Source of the DNA: a virus
Lineage: Duplodnaviria; Caudoviricetes
Length of the DNA: 56,571 nt
Virus record (IMG/VR): IMGVR_UViG_3300032214_000909
Span: 1-56,571 of that record
Direction: 5' to 3' (one strand)
The notes under the pieces were generated by a model, which did not search any database, had not been told where the DNA came from, and saw nothing but the letters and a program-made list of their open reading frames with translations. Position 1 is the first letter of the stretch, and each line of letters starts with the position of its first letter. The position numbers and the translations under genes were made by a program. Below, one piece after another: positions 10,650-20,536 of this stretch.

Positions 10650-10729
10650 TATGGAGTGTTTGTAGTATTTTGTCAAATAATGTTTCTTTTTCTTCCGTAT
10701 GCATTTATTAATGCCATATATTTTCCTTA

Positions 10730-12253
10730 TTATTTTATAATTTTTCTTTTTAATTTTACCTTCAACATATTTGTAATATTATCGACTGCAATTTGTCCAA
10801 ATTTATTTTTAATTTTTTCTAAAAATGGACCATATGAATGATATTCATCGAATGCTTTGTCTCTAAATTCTAATATTTCTGATGCGGTTAAAGTTTCAGT
10901 TGAAAGAGGAAATGTTTCATATCCATGAAATGAATATCCTTCGTATGTACTTGGTAATGGTACACCATTATTTAATGCATCTTTATATAATTGACTTCCT
11001 GGTAGTGCCATTGCGGCATATGCATTCCAACCGAATGTACATAACTCTTTAGACAATTCTAAAGTTTTATTCATACTTTCTTTTGTATCTCCTGGCAAAC
11101 CAAAAATATAATTTGCCATAACTTCAATATCGGCATCATGTACTTGTTGAATAACTCGACGAATATCAACTTCTTCAAATTTACCTTTTGAAACTTCTAA
11201 TCTAACTGATTTGTCTGCACTTTCAATTCCTAATGCTAACCATTTAATACCTGCAGATCTTACTAATTTCAATAATTCTGGGTCTCTTACAGTATCAATT
11301 CTTGAATATGCCCACATTCTCAATTTGTCACCATATCCTCTGTCTCGTAACATTTCACATAAAGGTGCATAATATTTTTTATTTAACAAAAACATTTCAT
11401 CAGTGATTTTGATTGTATATACACCTAGTTCAATCAATTTATCAAATTCATTAATAATGAACTGTGGACTCCAATAACGCATGTTACTGTAATTACCAGC
11501 TACACCAATTTCTTCATTGTCATTTCTATTTAGAATATTAATCATGCAAAAATTACAAGCAAATTGACATCCTAATGAAGTTTGAATTGCAGCATATGGT
11601 GTTCTATTTTCTAATTTATATTCTGCATGCCACATTGGAGAACGGTATAAATCCAATGGTTTTTCTTTATATGGTAATAAATCCCATGCATATCCTGGCA
11701 AATCTATATCCATTCTATTATTAGGAACTGATTTTTCAGGAGGATTCATTACAATTTCGGAACCGTTTCTCCAAACTATACCATTTATTGATTTTAAATC
11801 ATTAAAATTTGGTTGTTTTAAAAGATTTCTCAATGCATAGACGGCTTCATTAGTAAATCCAAAATCGATAGAACATTCATCTTTTAATGTTTTAATTGGT
11901 AATGCTTGAATATATGATCCTACGAACGCAATTGGAGTGGAAATTCCTTTTTCTTTTATGTATTTAGACATAAAAGTTGCACCAGACATATTAACTGTAC
12001 CTGCATTTACATTTTGTCCATATACAACAAAACACAAAAGTCTTGGATTTAAAGATTTAATTCTATCAATAACTAAATCTTTGTCTAATCGTTCTGCATT
12101 AATATCAAGAATATCTACTTTATTTCCATCGGATCTACAAGACTGTGCCAATAAAAGGGCCCATGTAGGAGGTTCTATTGCAGAATATGTCTCTGATAAT
12201 CCTTGATAAATTCCTGTTGAATTTCCAGGTGAAATGAATAATACATCAATCAT
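10730..12253 (-). CDS. cobalamin-binding radical SAM protein (class B methyltransferase-like)
   Basis: N-terminal B12-binding domain, TSLGCQFACNFC (CxxxCxxC), LGIESA, YIFGLPGDT. Confidence 0.9.
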   Translation of the reverse strand: MIDVLFISPGNSTGIYQGLSETYSAIEPPTWALLLAQSCRSDGNKVDILDINAERLDKDLVIDRIKSLNPRLLCFVVYGQNVNAGTVNMSGATFMSKYIKEKGISTPIAFVGSYIQALPIKTLKDECSIDFGFTNEAVYALRNLLKQPNFNDLKSINGIVWRNGSEIVMNPPEKSVPNNRMDIDLPGYAWDLLPYKEKPLDLYRSPMWHAEYKLENRTPYAAIQTSLGCQFACNFCMINILNRNDNEEIGVAGNYSNMRYWSPQFIINEFDKLIELGVYTIKITDEMFLLNKKYYAPLCEMLRDRGYGDKLRMWAYSRIDTVRDPELLKLVRSAGIKWLALGIESADKSVRLEVSKGKFEEVDIRRVIQQVHDADIEVMANYIFGLPGDTKESMNKTLELSKELCTFGWNAYAAMALPGSQLYKDALNNGVPLPSTYEGYSFHGYETFPLSTETLTASEILEFRDKAFDEYHSYGPFLEKIKNKFGQIAVDNITNMLKVKLKRKIIK

Positions 12254-12258
12254 ATATT

Positions 12259-12942
12259 TTATTTGTATAATACTAACAACTTGTCACATTGATGAAGACC
12301 TGAATATTGATATTTATGTTTTGGTTCAATAAATAAAATGTTTGAATAGAATTGTTTAAATGGTTCTATTGCTTCTGCGAATTTTTCATCTATATAATCA
12401 ATTCCTTTATGTACATCTGGGTAAATGTCTTCAATTATCATTACTCCTCCTGGTTTAATGTACTTATGCATTATTTCGATAAAGTTAATTTGACTATCAA
12501 ATCTATGAGAACTGTCTTCAATTACAATATCAAACTGTCCACCAGATTTTTCCATAGCTTCAATAATAGTTTCTTTATAGAACGCATCTAACCAGAAATA
12601 TTTTGTGTTTGGAATATTTTCATTTCTTGCATTTTCTAGAAATTCATTAACATGATCAAATCCGTATAATTCGGCTTCTGTAAAATACTCTCTGAAACAT
12701 CTACCTGAATTATTATACTGAACACCTATTTCGGCCAATTTAATTTTTTTATGACGCATGCCAGAAAAAAGAAAATCATAAATTGCAGTGTATGCATGTC
12801 CATATTCAATTGGATTATATACATAGTTTGCAATTGGACTACTTAATGGAGATTTATCTGTTCGATGTTTTGCTCCTAATAAGCACAAATCCGTTACAGA
12901 TTCAGTCGAATCTATAATTAGTTTATTAATTTTTTTTGTCAT
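12259..12942 (-). CDS. class I SAM-dependent methyltransferase (sugar O-methyltransferase-like)
   Basis: TDK..HAYT..Y, EIGV, FDIVIEDSSH, KPGGVMIIED. Confidence 0.75.
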   Translation of the reverse strand: MTKKINKLIIDSTESVTDLCLLGAKHRTDKSPLSSPIANYVYNPIEYGHAYTAIYDFLFSGMRHKKIKLAEIGVQYNNSGRCFREYFTEAELYGFDHVNEFLENARNENIPNTKYFWLDAFYKETIIEAMEKSGGQFDIVIEDSSHRFDSQINFIEIMHKYIKPGGVMIIEDIYPDVHKGIDYIDEKFAEAIEPFKQFYSNILFIEPKHKYQYSGLHQCDKLLVLYK

Positions 12943-13877
12943 AAATTGGTGAAGTCCTTATTCTTAAATTTGTTAATTAACTTATAACCTTGTAAGAGTT
13001 CTTTTATACCATCATCCAATGAATATTGAGGAATCCATCCAAGTGATTCTAATTTTTTATTAGATACCATATAATTTCTTTGATCGAAATCTTTTTTGAA
13101 TTCGTTTTTAACAATAACTAGTTCTGGTACATACTCTTTAATTTTTTCGGCTAGTTGTAGTTTATTACAATTTGCGGAAGAAAGACCTACATTATAAGCA
13201 TTACCATTACATTTATCATAATTTTCAATCATGAAAAGAAATGTATTCGCAATATCACGAATATGAATATAATTTCTAATAAAATGGGATTCAAATAGTA
13301 CTAAATAACCATCGGTAATAGCTTTATATGTTAAGTCATTAACTAACAAATCCATTCTCATTCTATATGAAATACCAAATACTGTTGCTAATCTTAAGGC
13401 AATACCATTTTGGTTATCTAACAATGCTTTTTCTGCATCACATTTAGTTTCTGCATATAAAGACAATGGTTTAAATGGACTTTCTTCAGTAATGATTTCT
13501 GTAGAAGATCCATACTGGCTATTTGTATTTGGAAGAATAATCTTTTTATTTTTACCAGCAAATTTTAATACATTTACGATGTGTTTATAATTAACATCAA
13601 TTGCTACTTGAGGATATGATTTACATGCTGGCATACCAACGATTGCAGCTAGTGGAATAATAATATCTACATTGTCTACCAATTCTTTCAAAAGAGTTTC
13701 ATTTCTAACATCACCATGTACAAATTTAAATTGTTTATTGTGACAAAATCCCAATAGAGATAATTGATTATAAATCAAACTATCTAAAACGGTGACATTA
13801 TAACCATTTTGTAATAATTTTTCTGTAAGAATAGAACCGATATAACCTGCACCACCTGTAATGAGGACATTATTCAT
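12939..13877 (-). CDS. NAD-dependent epimerase/dehydratase (extended SDR)
   Basis: TGGAGYIGS, LAAIVG, YAETK (YxxxK), LRLATVFG. Confidence 0.9.
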   Translation of the reverse strand: MNNVLITGGAGYIGSILTEKLLQNGYNVTVLDSLIYNQLSLLGFCHNKQFKFVHGDVRNETLLKELVDNVDIIIPLAAIVGMPACKSYPQVAIDVNYKHIVNVLKFAGKNKKIILPNTNSQYGSSTEIITEESPFKPLSLYAETKCDAEKALLDNQNGIALRLATVFGISYRMRMDLLVNDLTYKAITDGYLVLFESHFIRNYIHIRDIANTFLFMIENYDKCNGNAYNVGLSSANCNKLQLAEKIKEYVPELVIVKNEFKKDFDQRNYMVSNKKLESLGWIPQYSLDDGIKELLQGYKLINKFKNKDFTNL

Positions 13878-14383
13878 AATAATTTTATAACACTTTCTTT
13901 TAGTAGAAATCTACCTTTATTGTAATTTTCAATCCAATCAACATCTTGTTGATCAGCACCTACTATATCTGATATATATTTAAAACAAAAGAAATTTATT
14001 TTCTTTAATTTACAAATTTTAGCAAAGGCAAATCCTTCCATATCTATCAAATCACATTTTCTTTCGGGTAAAGATTTTTGAAAAGAATCAAATGTAGATA
14101 AAGTATATTTAGAAGATTGAAATGTCAGAATTTCAAGTTCATATGATGGATACATCATATCCCCTTGAATATAAAGCCCACATTCATATACTTGATATTT
14201 ATTAACGGATACTCCACCGGCTGTCCCAACATTTATTATGTTTTTTATATTGGGATTATCGTTTAAATATGATAGTAGATGAATACTTGCATTTACTTTT
14301 CCTACACCTGTATAAAGAATATTAAATTCATCTTTAAATGGAAATTCTTGTTCTAAGGCAGTAACAATTACATAATCTTTCAT
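13874..14383 (-). CDS. MTA/SAH nucleosidase family protein
   Basis: TGVGKVNA, INVGTAGG, DME, KYISD. Confidence 0.8.
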   Translation of the reverse strand: MKDYVIVTALEQEFPFKDEFNILYTGVGKVNASIHLLSYLNDNPNIKNIINVGTAGGVSVNKYQVYECGLYIQGDMMYPSYELEILTFQSSKYTLSTFDSFQKSLPERKCDLIDMEGFAFAKICKLKKINFFCFKYISDIVGADQQDVDWIENYNKGRFLLKESVIKLL

Positions 14384-15264
14384 ATATTATTTAATTTCGT
14401 TATTTCTTCAAAAAATGAATATAATTGTTTTTCAAACGAATCTTGTAGTGCAATATCATAATTATAATCAATATATTTTTTCATATCATAATACATTTTT
14501 GGTGTAAGATTATTAATTATATTGATTAATTCTTCTTTTGTTTCAAATGTAATTATACCACGTTTATCGTAAAAATCACCTATATTTGGACATCCCCAAT
14601 AGATTGGAACAGTTTTAGTGCAAAATGATTCGCCTATTTTTTCAGTATACCAATTGTTAGATTTAATGTTTTCAACACATACATGAAACATTGATTCTTC
14701 ATAACAAATACGTTTGCCAAAAACTTGAGGACAACTAAGTAAATGTTTGGGTATATGATTTAAATTTTTGTTATATTCATTGTATCCTGGTCTAACATTA
14801 TTTTGTATATCGAAATCATCTAATACTTTAAACCATTTTTTCGGTATGTTAATTTCGTTTATTAAATTATATATTTCGTGTCTATATTTATGACCGTCTG
14901 ATATATTTTTTATACCACATAAAAAACTTACTTCAAATTTTTTATTAACATTTAAAAACTTATCATAAAACTCTTTATTATCTTGTTGATAATTACAAGT
15001 AAATATTGATGTATTGTCGCAAATTTTTGCGATGTCTTCATTCCATGTTAATATAGCAGTATATAAATGATGATTTTCTTTTATCCATCTATGGTACCCA
15101 AAAAATTCATCAGGTTCATGTATCATTATGAAATTATATGGATTTATATCCAATTCTTTTCTATTTTTAGGAAGATAATCATAGAAAAAAGTAAATGGTT
15201 TATCTTTAAATTTATCTAAAAACCAAAAATCTTCTTCTTTTCTAAAATTTATAAATAATTTCAT
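14380..15264 (-). CDS. glycosyltransferase family 10 (alpha-1,3-fucosyltransferase-like)
   Basis: FHVCVEN..NWYTEKIGESF..TVPIYWG GT10 motif. Confidence 0.8.
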   Translation of the reverse strand: MKLFINFRKEEDFWFLDKFKDKPFTFFYDYLPKNRKELDINPYNFIMIHEPDEFFGYHRWIKENHHLYTAILTWNEDIAKICDNTSIFTCNYQQDNKEFYDKFLNVNKKFEVSFLCGIKNISDGHKYRHEIYNLINEINIPKKWFKVLDDFDIQNNVRPGYNEYNKNLNHIPKHLLSCPQVFGKRICYEESMFHVCVENIKSNNWYTEKIGESFCTKTVPIYWGCPNIGDFYDKRGIITFETKEELINIINNLTPKMYYDMKKYIDYNYDIALQDSFEKQLYSFFEEITKLNNI

Positions 15265-16136
15265 AATTTATTTAAATATTCTTGCACTGATTCATTGAAA
15301 TTATTCTTTGCAATATCCATGAATTCGTCTTTTTTGTTTATTGTTACGATATAATCTTTATATGGATTATATCTAAACTTATTATTTTCAATTATAACTT
15401 CGTTATTTATTACGAATTGTGACGCATTGAATCCTTTTTGTTGTCCATAAATACAACATACCATTATAAAAGTATCGTCCATATAGTATGGTCCCATTCT
15501 ATTTGGAATATCAACTTTTTTTATTAAATCGTTTGATAATAATGTAAACCATCCACTTGCAAATTTAAATGTATTAATTTTAGATACATTCACTTCACCA
15601 ACCAAACCTGTAGTAGTATACGGATCTCTATTAAAATAATTTTCTTTAGATGCTTCTTCTTTTAAACAATTTTCATTTGTAATTACATCCCATGTATTAT
15701 CCCATATTCGTGTAGTTTCGGGAGTGATTACAAAATATTTTTCTGATTTAGATAATTGTTTATGTGCCTCTACTATGTGATATAAAAGACTGTCACTGAA
15801 AACAATATCTACATCTAACCAAATAAATGCATTTGGATTGTATAATCTTCCTGATAATCTATGTAGATCGGTACATCCTAAAACTTCATTATTTTTACTT
15901 GTCCAAAATCTTGTCTTTGCCCATGTTGATGTTAATTTTTTAAACTCATTTAATTTGTTTTCAAAAAAGTTTAAGTCTAATTTGCTCTTATTCCAGTCAG
16001 TTAAATTCGCATTAAGACAGACTTCTACTAAAAATTCTTCATTCTTAATATAATTGTTACTCTTTTTTAGTCCGATTAAAGTTTGTTCTAATTGGTCTAT
16101 TTCAGAAGGCATTATATGTATTAAAATTTCAATCAT
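15261..16136 (-). CDS. putative GT-A glycosyltransferase
   Basis: WLDVDIVF DxD motif, RIWDNTWD, GPYYMDDTF. Confidence 0.5.
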   Translation of the reverse strand: MIEILIHIMPSEIDQLEQTLIGLKKSNNYIKNEEFLVEVCLNANLTDWNKSKLDLNFFENKLNEFKKLTSTWAKTRFWTSKNNEVLGCTDLHRLSGRLYNPNAFIWLDVDIVFSDSLLYHIVEAHKQLSKSEKYFVITPETTRIWDNTWDVITNENCLKEEASKENYFNRDPYTTTGLVGEVNVSKINTFKFASGWFTLLSNDLIKKVDIPNRMGPYYMDDTFIMVCCIYGQQKGFNASQFVINNEVIIENNKFRYNPYKDYIVTINKKDEFMDIAKNNFNESVQEYLNKL

Positions 16137-16827
16137 AAAAATATGTTAACAGTTTTGTTGTTTCTAATGTCATTTGATGGTTTTTTACATAATCAATTTT
16201 ATTTTCGAAACACATCTGTATTGATTCCATTAAAGGATCATTCGTTGGTGTTGATAAATCAATTATATAATCATCGATTTTAATAATTTTTGTTTTGTTT
16301 CCTGTATATTCTCTATTGTAATCTATTTTAACTAAAACATCCTTGTAGATAAAACTAATTTTAAATTGATTATGTGTATTTTTATTTATTTTTAAATTTT
16401 CTATAAAAGAAACACCCAAAAAATATATAAGTAAGTATAAATCGTGATATAATAAATCGTTAAATATTGTATCTTTAAATGGTCCGTTTTTATACCAGTT
16501 AAATTCTATAACTTTTTTTGGAAATAAATTGCAATATTTAATTTCGTTTCTTAACAAAAACAAATTATCAACATACAATTTTTTATTTACTGATATTGAC
16601 AAATCAATTAATTCTTGTGTTTGTTCTACACTTAAAGTCAAGGGTTTTTCACAGAATATGTTTTTTCCTTTATTAAGATATTCTTTTACGATATTAAAAT
16701 GAGAATTTGTGGGAGTTGTTACAAAAATCCAATCTACATCATCGTATGGAGGATTAATAATGCAATTATTTAGTTTACTATGAACAATTTTTCCCCAATA
16801 CCCATATCCTATTAATCCAGATCTCAT
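16129..16827 (-). CDS. Gfo/Idh/MocA family oxidoreductase
   Basis: GYGYWG, TPTNSH, FCEKPL, DLLYHD. Confidence 0.85.
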   Translation of the reverse strand: MRSGLIGYGYWGKIVHSKLNNCIINPPYDDVDWIFVTTPTNSHFNIVKEYLNKGKNIFCEKPLTLSVEQTQELIDLSISVNKKLYVDNLFLLRNEIKYCNLFPKKVIEFNWYKNGPFKDTIFNDLLYHDLYLLIYFLGVSFIENLKINKNTHNQFKISFIYKDVLVKIDYNREYTGNKTKIIKIDDYIIDLSTPTNDPLMESIQMCFENKIDYVKNHQMTLETTKLLTYFYD

Positions 16828-17840
16828 ATATTATAAACCAATTTATTTTTAATTTTTTTAGCAATTACAACACAAGTTGAAACTTTCCCTGAAAATATAG
16901 TAATAAAATTTGGTTTATCTATATATGTTATTATTTTGGTGAGTCGTTCGTCATTTTTATTGATTGGTAAAACTCTAATAGTTCTCCAATAATCAGTATA
17001 TTTTACATCTTTTAAGAACGGATAATATCTTACGGAATCTTTTTTAATTAATTCCAAATTATCTGATATATCTTTTTTTAGATTTGTTATTTTACTGTTG
17101 GAACTTTGAATTACAGAATGTTTAACATGATATAATAAAAACTTGTTTTCTTTTACACCATTCGGCATTATTGAACAGTAATCGCCATCCATAATAGTCA
17201 ATCCTATTTTTGTATGATTGTATTCAAATATGGGAATTACTACATCTTGATATTTAAAATCAAGCGGTTCAACACCAATTATTTTGTTTACTTCATTTAT
17301 ACCAGAATATGAACAGTTAATTATGTAATCATAATTCAAATAAGTTTCGTTAAAAGATTCATTTAATTTTATATTGACATTATTAATCCTAGAAAGGACA
17401 ATATTTCTTAAAACATCCCAATCATATATTGGTTCAGTTACTCTAAAACAATCTTCAATTAGAGTAGAATTTATTATATCAGATTTAGGATATTCTGATT
17501 TATACGGAATGCCTACAGTATCACAAAATATTTTATATTGCTTTGAATCAATCTTACTATCATATTTGCCAATTGCATAATAGTTTTCAAAATTTGAAAC
17601 TATAGATTCTTTATACGAATTTTCAAAAAGTAAAATTCCTTCCAAACTTTGTTTTGCTGTTTCTATACTTCGTGGATAATGATAACCATAATGGATGCGA
17701 TTATGATTACATTTGGAAGCATTCCGCATTAATTCTGAATCTTTTTCTATTAAAGTTACATCGAAGTGATTAGATAATTCAATCGCAGTTGTGCATCCAA
17801 ATAATCCACCGCCAATTATTAATACTCTCTTCGATGACAT
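16824..17840 (-). CDS. FAD-dependent oxidoreductase (DAO family)
   Basis: IIGGGLFG, AS..NHNRIHYGYHYPRS, TIMDG, SGK. Confidence 0.8.
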   Translation of the reverse strand: MSSKRVLIIGGGLFGCTTAIELSNHFDVTLIEKDSELMRNASKCNHNRIHYGYHYPRSIETAKQSLEGILLFENSYKESIVSNFENYYAIGKYDSKIDSKQYKIFCDTVGIPYKSEYPKSDIINSTLIEDCFRVTEPIYDWDVLRNIVLSRINNVNIKLNESFNETYLNYDYIINCSYSGINEVNKIIGVEPLDFKYQDVVIPIFEYNHTKIGLTIMDGDYCSIMPNGVKENKFLLYHVKHSVIQSSNSKITNLKKDISDNLELIKKDSVRYYPFLKDVKYTDYWRTIRVLPINKNDERLTKIITYIDKPNFITIFSGKVSTCVVIAKKIKNKLVYNI

Positions 17841-17843
17841 AAT

Positions 17844-18512
17844 TTATACTTTAAACCCTTTATTTTCTTCTTCGGTAAACAGTTTGTTATATTTAACATT
17901 CGTTTCTATTTGTTTTTCTATTGTTTTGTTATGATGTAAAGATAATTCATATACTGCTGGTAAATGTACATATGTTTTTGCACCTTCAACTTTTTCATGT
18001 AATCTACGTTTCCATTCAATATAAGATGTATTTTTAAACAATCTACCTTGAGGATCTGGCCAATTGACGATCAATCTATCTTCATATGGTGTTAATCTCC
18101 ATCCCCATTGTTTTGCATTATTATGGTTTACTCCTTTAAAATCATTTATACGAGGTATCCAGAATAAGTCAACATCATTATTTAATTCAATTAATTCATT
18201 TAATGATTCTAACAATATTTCTGAAGGCAATTCATCATCATCAATTTGAAAAATATATTCTCCTTGACATTGATTCTTACCATAATTTTTATGTTCACTG
18301 TAATTTTTATCTAATTTATGTTTATATACTTTATAAAAAGCATTACCAGATACATTATTTAATATTTGTAATGTATCTGGATTTTCACTATAATCATCTA
18401 ATATGATACATTCATTATTTTGACCATACTTAAATAGTCTTTCTAATAGAATTTGAAGTTCAAATCCTGTATTTTTACAAGTTACTAAGTATGATATAAA
18501 TGGTTTTGACAT
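17844..18512 (-). CDS. glycosyltransferase family 2
   Basis: LDDYS, YIFQIDDDE, PRIN, WPDPQGR, LHE. Confidence 0.85.
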   Translation of the reverse strand: MSKPFISYLVTCKNTGFELQILLERLFKYGQNNECIILDDYSENPDTLQILNNVSGNAFYKVYKHKLDKNYSEHKNYGKNQCQGEYIFQIDDDELPSEILLESLNELIELNNDVDLFWIPRINDFKGVNHNNAKQWGWRLTPYEDRLIVNWPDPQGRLFKNTSYIEWKRRLHEKVEGAKTYVHLPAVYELSLHHNKTIEKQIETNVKYNKLFTEEENKGFKV

Positions 18513-18513
18513 A

Positions 18514-19824
18514 TTATGATGTTTTGTCAGTCTTAGGAAGTTCGATTTTCTTCAATTTAGGCAATACGATTTTCTTTTCTACCGCAAATTCCGGAACATA
18601 TTTGTCCAAAATACCCCATAGTTTTTTATCCATCGCATCGAGACTAAACTTCTCTGCATTTTCAAGTCGAAGTTGTTCTGCCTTATCAGTATATGATTGG
18701 TTATAACTGTGATAATATTGTTTGAATTTATCTTCTGCCAATCCATAAGCAACATAAAACCAACTGGATTCTTTAATCAACCAATCATTTGAAGATTCTG
18801 GATGAATTTGTTTGAGTGAACCTTCAAAGAATGATGTATACTTTGGATTCAAGAAATCCAAATGTCCACTCCAATTTGATGACAATACTGGTTTACCACT
18901 CAGTGTAGCAAGTAACAATGGATGCCCAAATCCTTCCCCGTGAGTAAAACTTACATGTACTTTTACCTTTTCATGATTTAACAAACCATTCATTTCAGTA
19001 GGAGTTAATTCGCCATGGAGTAAATATACATTTGGACAATTATCACCAACTTCTGCTTGAATTTGTTTAATTCTATTTAAGATCTCATCACGATCAACAG
19101 CCGAGAAATTTACTCCGCTTGTTTTTAACAACAAACATGGTCTATTCTCTGGAGATTTATTTTTAAATGCATTGCTAAATGTCTTAATAAGATTTCCAAT
19201 GTCTTTACGATCATTATACAAACTTCTATGTGTCCATTGTCCTACAAACAAGAACGCAAACTTTTCGGGAATTGATGATAAAACATTTTCAATTGATTCG
19301 ACTTTTTCATCGGTTTTTTTATAAATGTTTGTATCTGCACCCCAGAAACATACTTCCATTGGTTTATCACTCTTGAGAAGTTCTTTTCTACCATCTTCAA
19401 ATTGTTTTTGATATTGTGCAGATTCAAATACTTTTTTAACATGATTACTGGTGACAATGTTCACATTCATTCTATTTAATCCATCAACGAATTGACCAGA
19501 TGCCATAGTAGTTTCAATTCCGGCAGTAATACCAATATTATATTTTCCTGCTGGTTGAAATTCATTTGGAATACTGATTTGAATGAATAAATCTGGTTGT
19601 TTATTCAAAGGTTGATTGAGAAACATTGTTGCCAATTGTCTGTCCTCTTCAGTAGACAAATCATCAATTGTTGTCTTAGATGGACACCCACCCCAACGAG
19701 TAGGATTGATTTTCACATCATACTTTCCATATCTAACAAGACTTTTTGCTAGATCGGTTGCCAAATCGCCATATCCACTTCTATTGAAGACTGGACCTTG
19801 AATTACACATAATGGTTTACTCAT
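18514..19824 (-). CDS. glycosyltransferase family 4 (GT-B)
   Basis: RSGYG, TAGIET, FLFVGQW, RKDIG, GEGFGHPLL, WSGHLDF. Confidence 0.85.
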   Translation of the reverse strand: MSKPLCVIQGPVFNRSGYGDLATDLAKSLVRYGKYDVKINPTRWGGCPSKTTIDDLSTEEDRQLATMFLNQPLNKQPDLFIQISIPNEFQPAGKYNIGITAGIETTMASGQFVDGLNRMNVNIVTSNHVKKVFESAQYQKQFEDGRKELLKSDKPMEVCFWGADTNIYKKTDEKVESIENVLSSIPEKFAFLFVGQWTHRSLYNDRKDIGNLIKTFSNAFKNKSPENRPCLLLKTSGVNFSAVDRDEILNRIKQIQAEVGDNCPNVYLLHGELTPTEMNGLLNHEKVKVHVSFTHGEGFGHPLLLATLSGKPVLSSNWSGHLDFLNPKYTSFFEGSLKQIHPESSNDWLIKESSWFYVAYGLAEDKFKQYYHSYNQSYTDKAEQLRLENAEKFSLDAMDKKLWGILDKYVPEFAVEKKIVLPKLKKIELPKTDKTS

Positions 19825-19828
19825 AAAT

Positions 19829-20536
19829 TTATCCTAATTGTCTTTCTCTTTCTTTAATTGAATCTACATATTTTTTTGATGGAGTGGTAATATTTCCACT
19901 AATTTTTTCATACAAATCTGTAATATTTTTGATTGTTTGTTTAGATTGTTCTGTTGATTTAGTGTCAGTACTACCAAATCCACCTTCGCCTCTATTAGTA
20001 GAATCTAATTCGTCTACCAAAACAAACTCTACATTTTCAACTTTTGTTACTTTGAGTTGACAAACTTTATCACCTTTATTATAAAGTTTTTCAACATTTG
20101 GTTTTCCTACTATAAAGTTATATAAAGGAGACCCATCATTGGATATGTAGGGATATATACTATAATCCTCTGGTTGCCAAATGTACTTGAAACGAAGTAA
20201 TACTTCACCACGATAATCTGCGTCAATTAATCCAATACAGTTAGCTAATACCAAATTATACTTACTAACACTACTACGAGGAAATGCTAGAATATCATAA
20301 TCCAAATCAGTATAACCAAAGTTACTGAATTGACGATCTTTTTGAACTGCCAATTTAAGATTGGTCTTGTATTGAATGTAGTCAATGCGTTTGTATGCAC
20401 CATTCTCATACTGATCACCAACGATTTCTGGATCAGTTGTAACAACTACATCAAATCCAGTAGCTCTATCAGTACCTTTCTTGGGTAGATTATCTGTAGA
20501 CTGATATGTATCATTCTTTAATACTTGAATCTTCAT
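19829..20536 (-). CDS. dut: trimeric dUTPase
   Basis: All five motifs: ATGFDV, PRSS, GLIDADYRGE, DKVCQL, RGEGGFGST; C-terminal extension. Confidence 0.9.
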   Translation of the reverse strand: MKIQVLKNDTYQSTDNLPKKGTDRATGFDVVVTTDPEIVGDQYENGAYKRIDYIQYKTNLKLAVQKDRQFSNFGYTDLDYDILAFPRSSVSKYNLVLANCIGLIDADYRGEVLLRFKYIWQPEDYSIYPYISNDGSPLYNFIVGKPNVEKLYNKGDKVCQLKVTKVENVEFVLVDELDSTNRGEGGFGSTDTKSTEQSKQTIKNITDLYEKISGNITTPSKKYVDSIKERERQLG

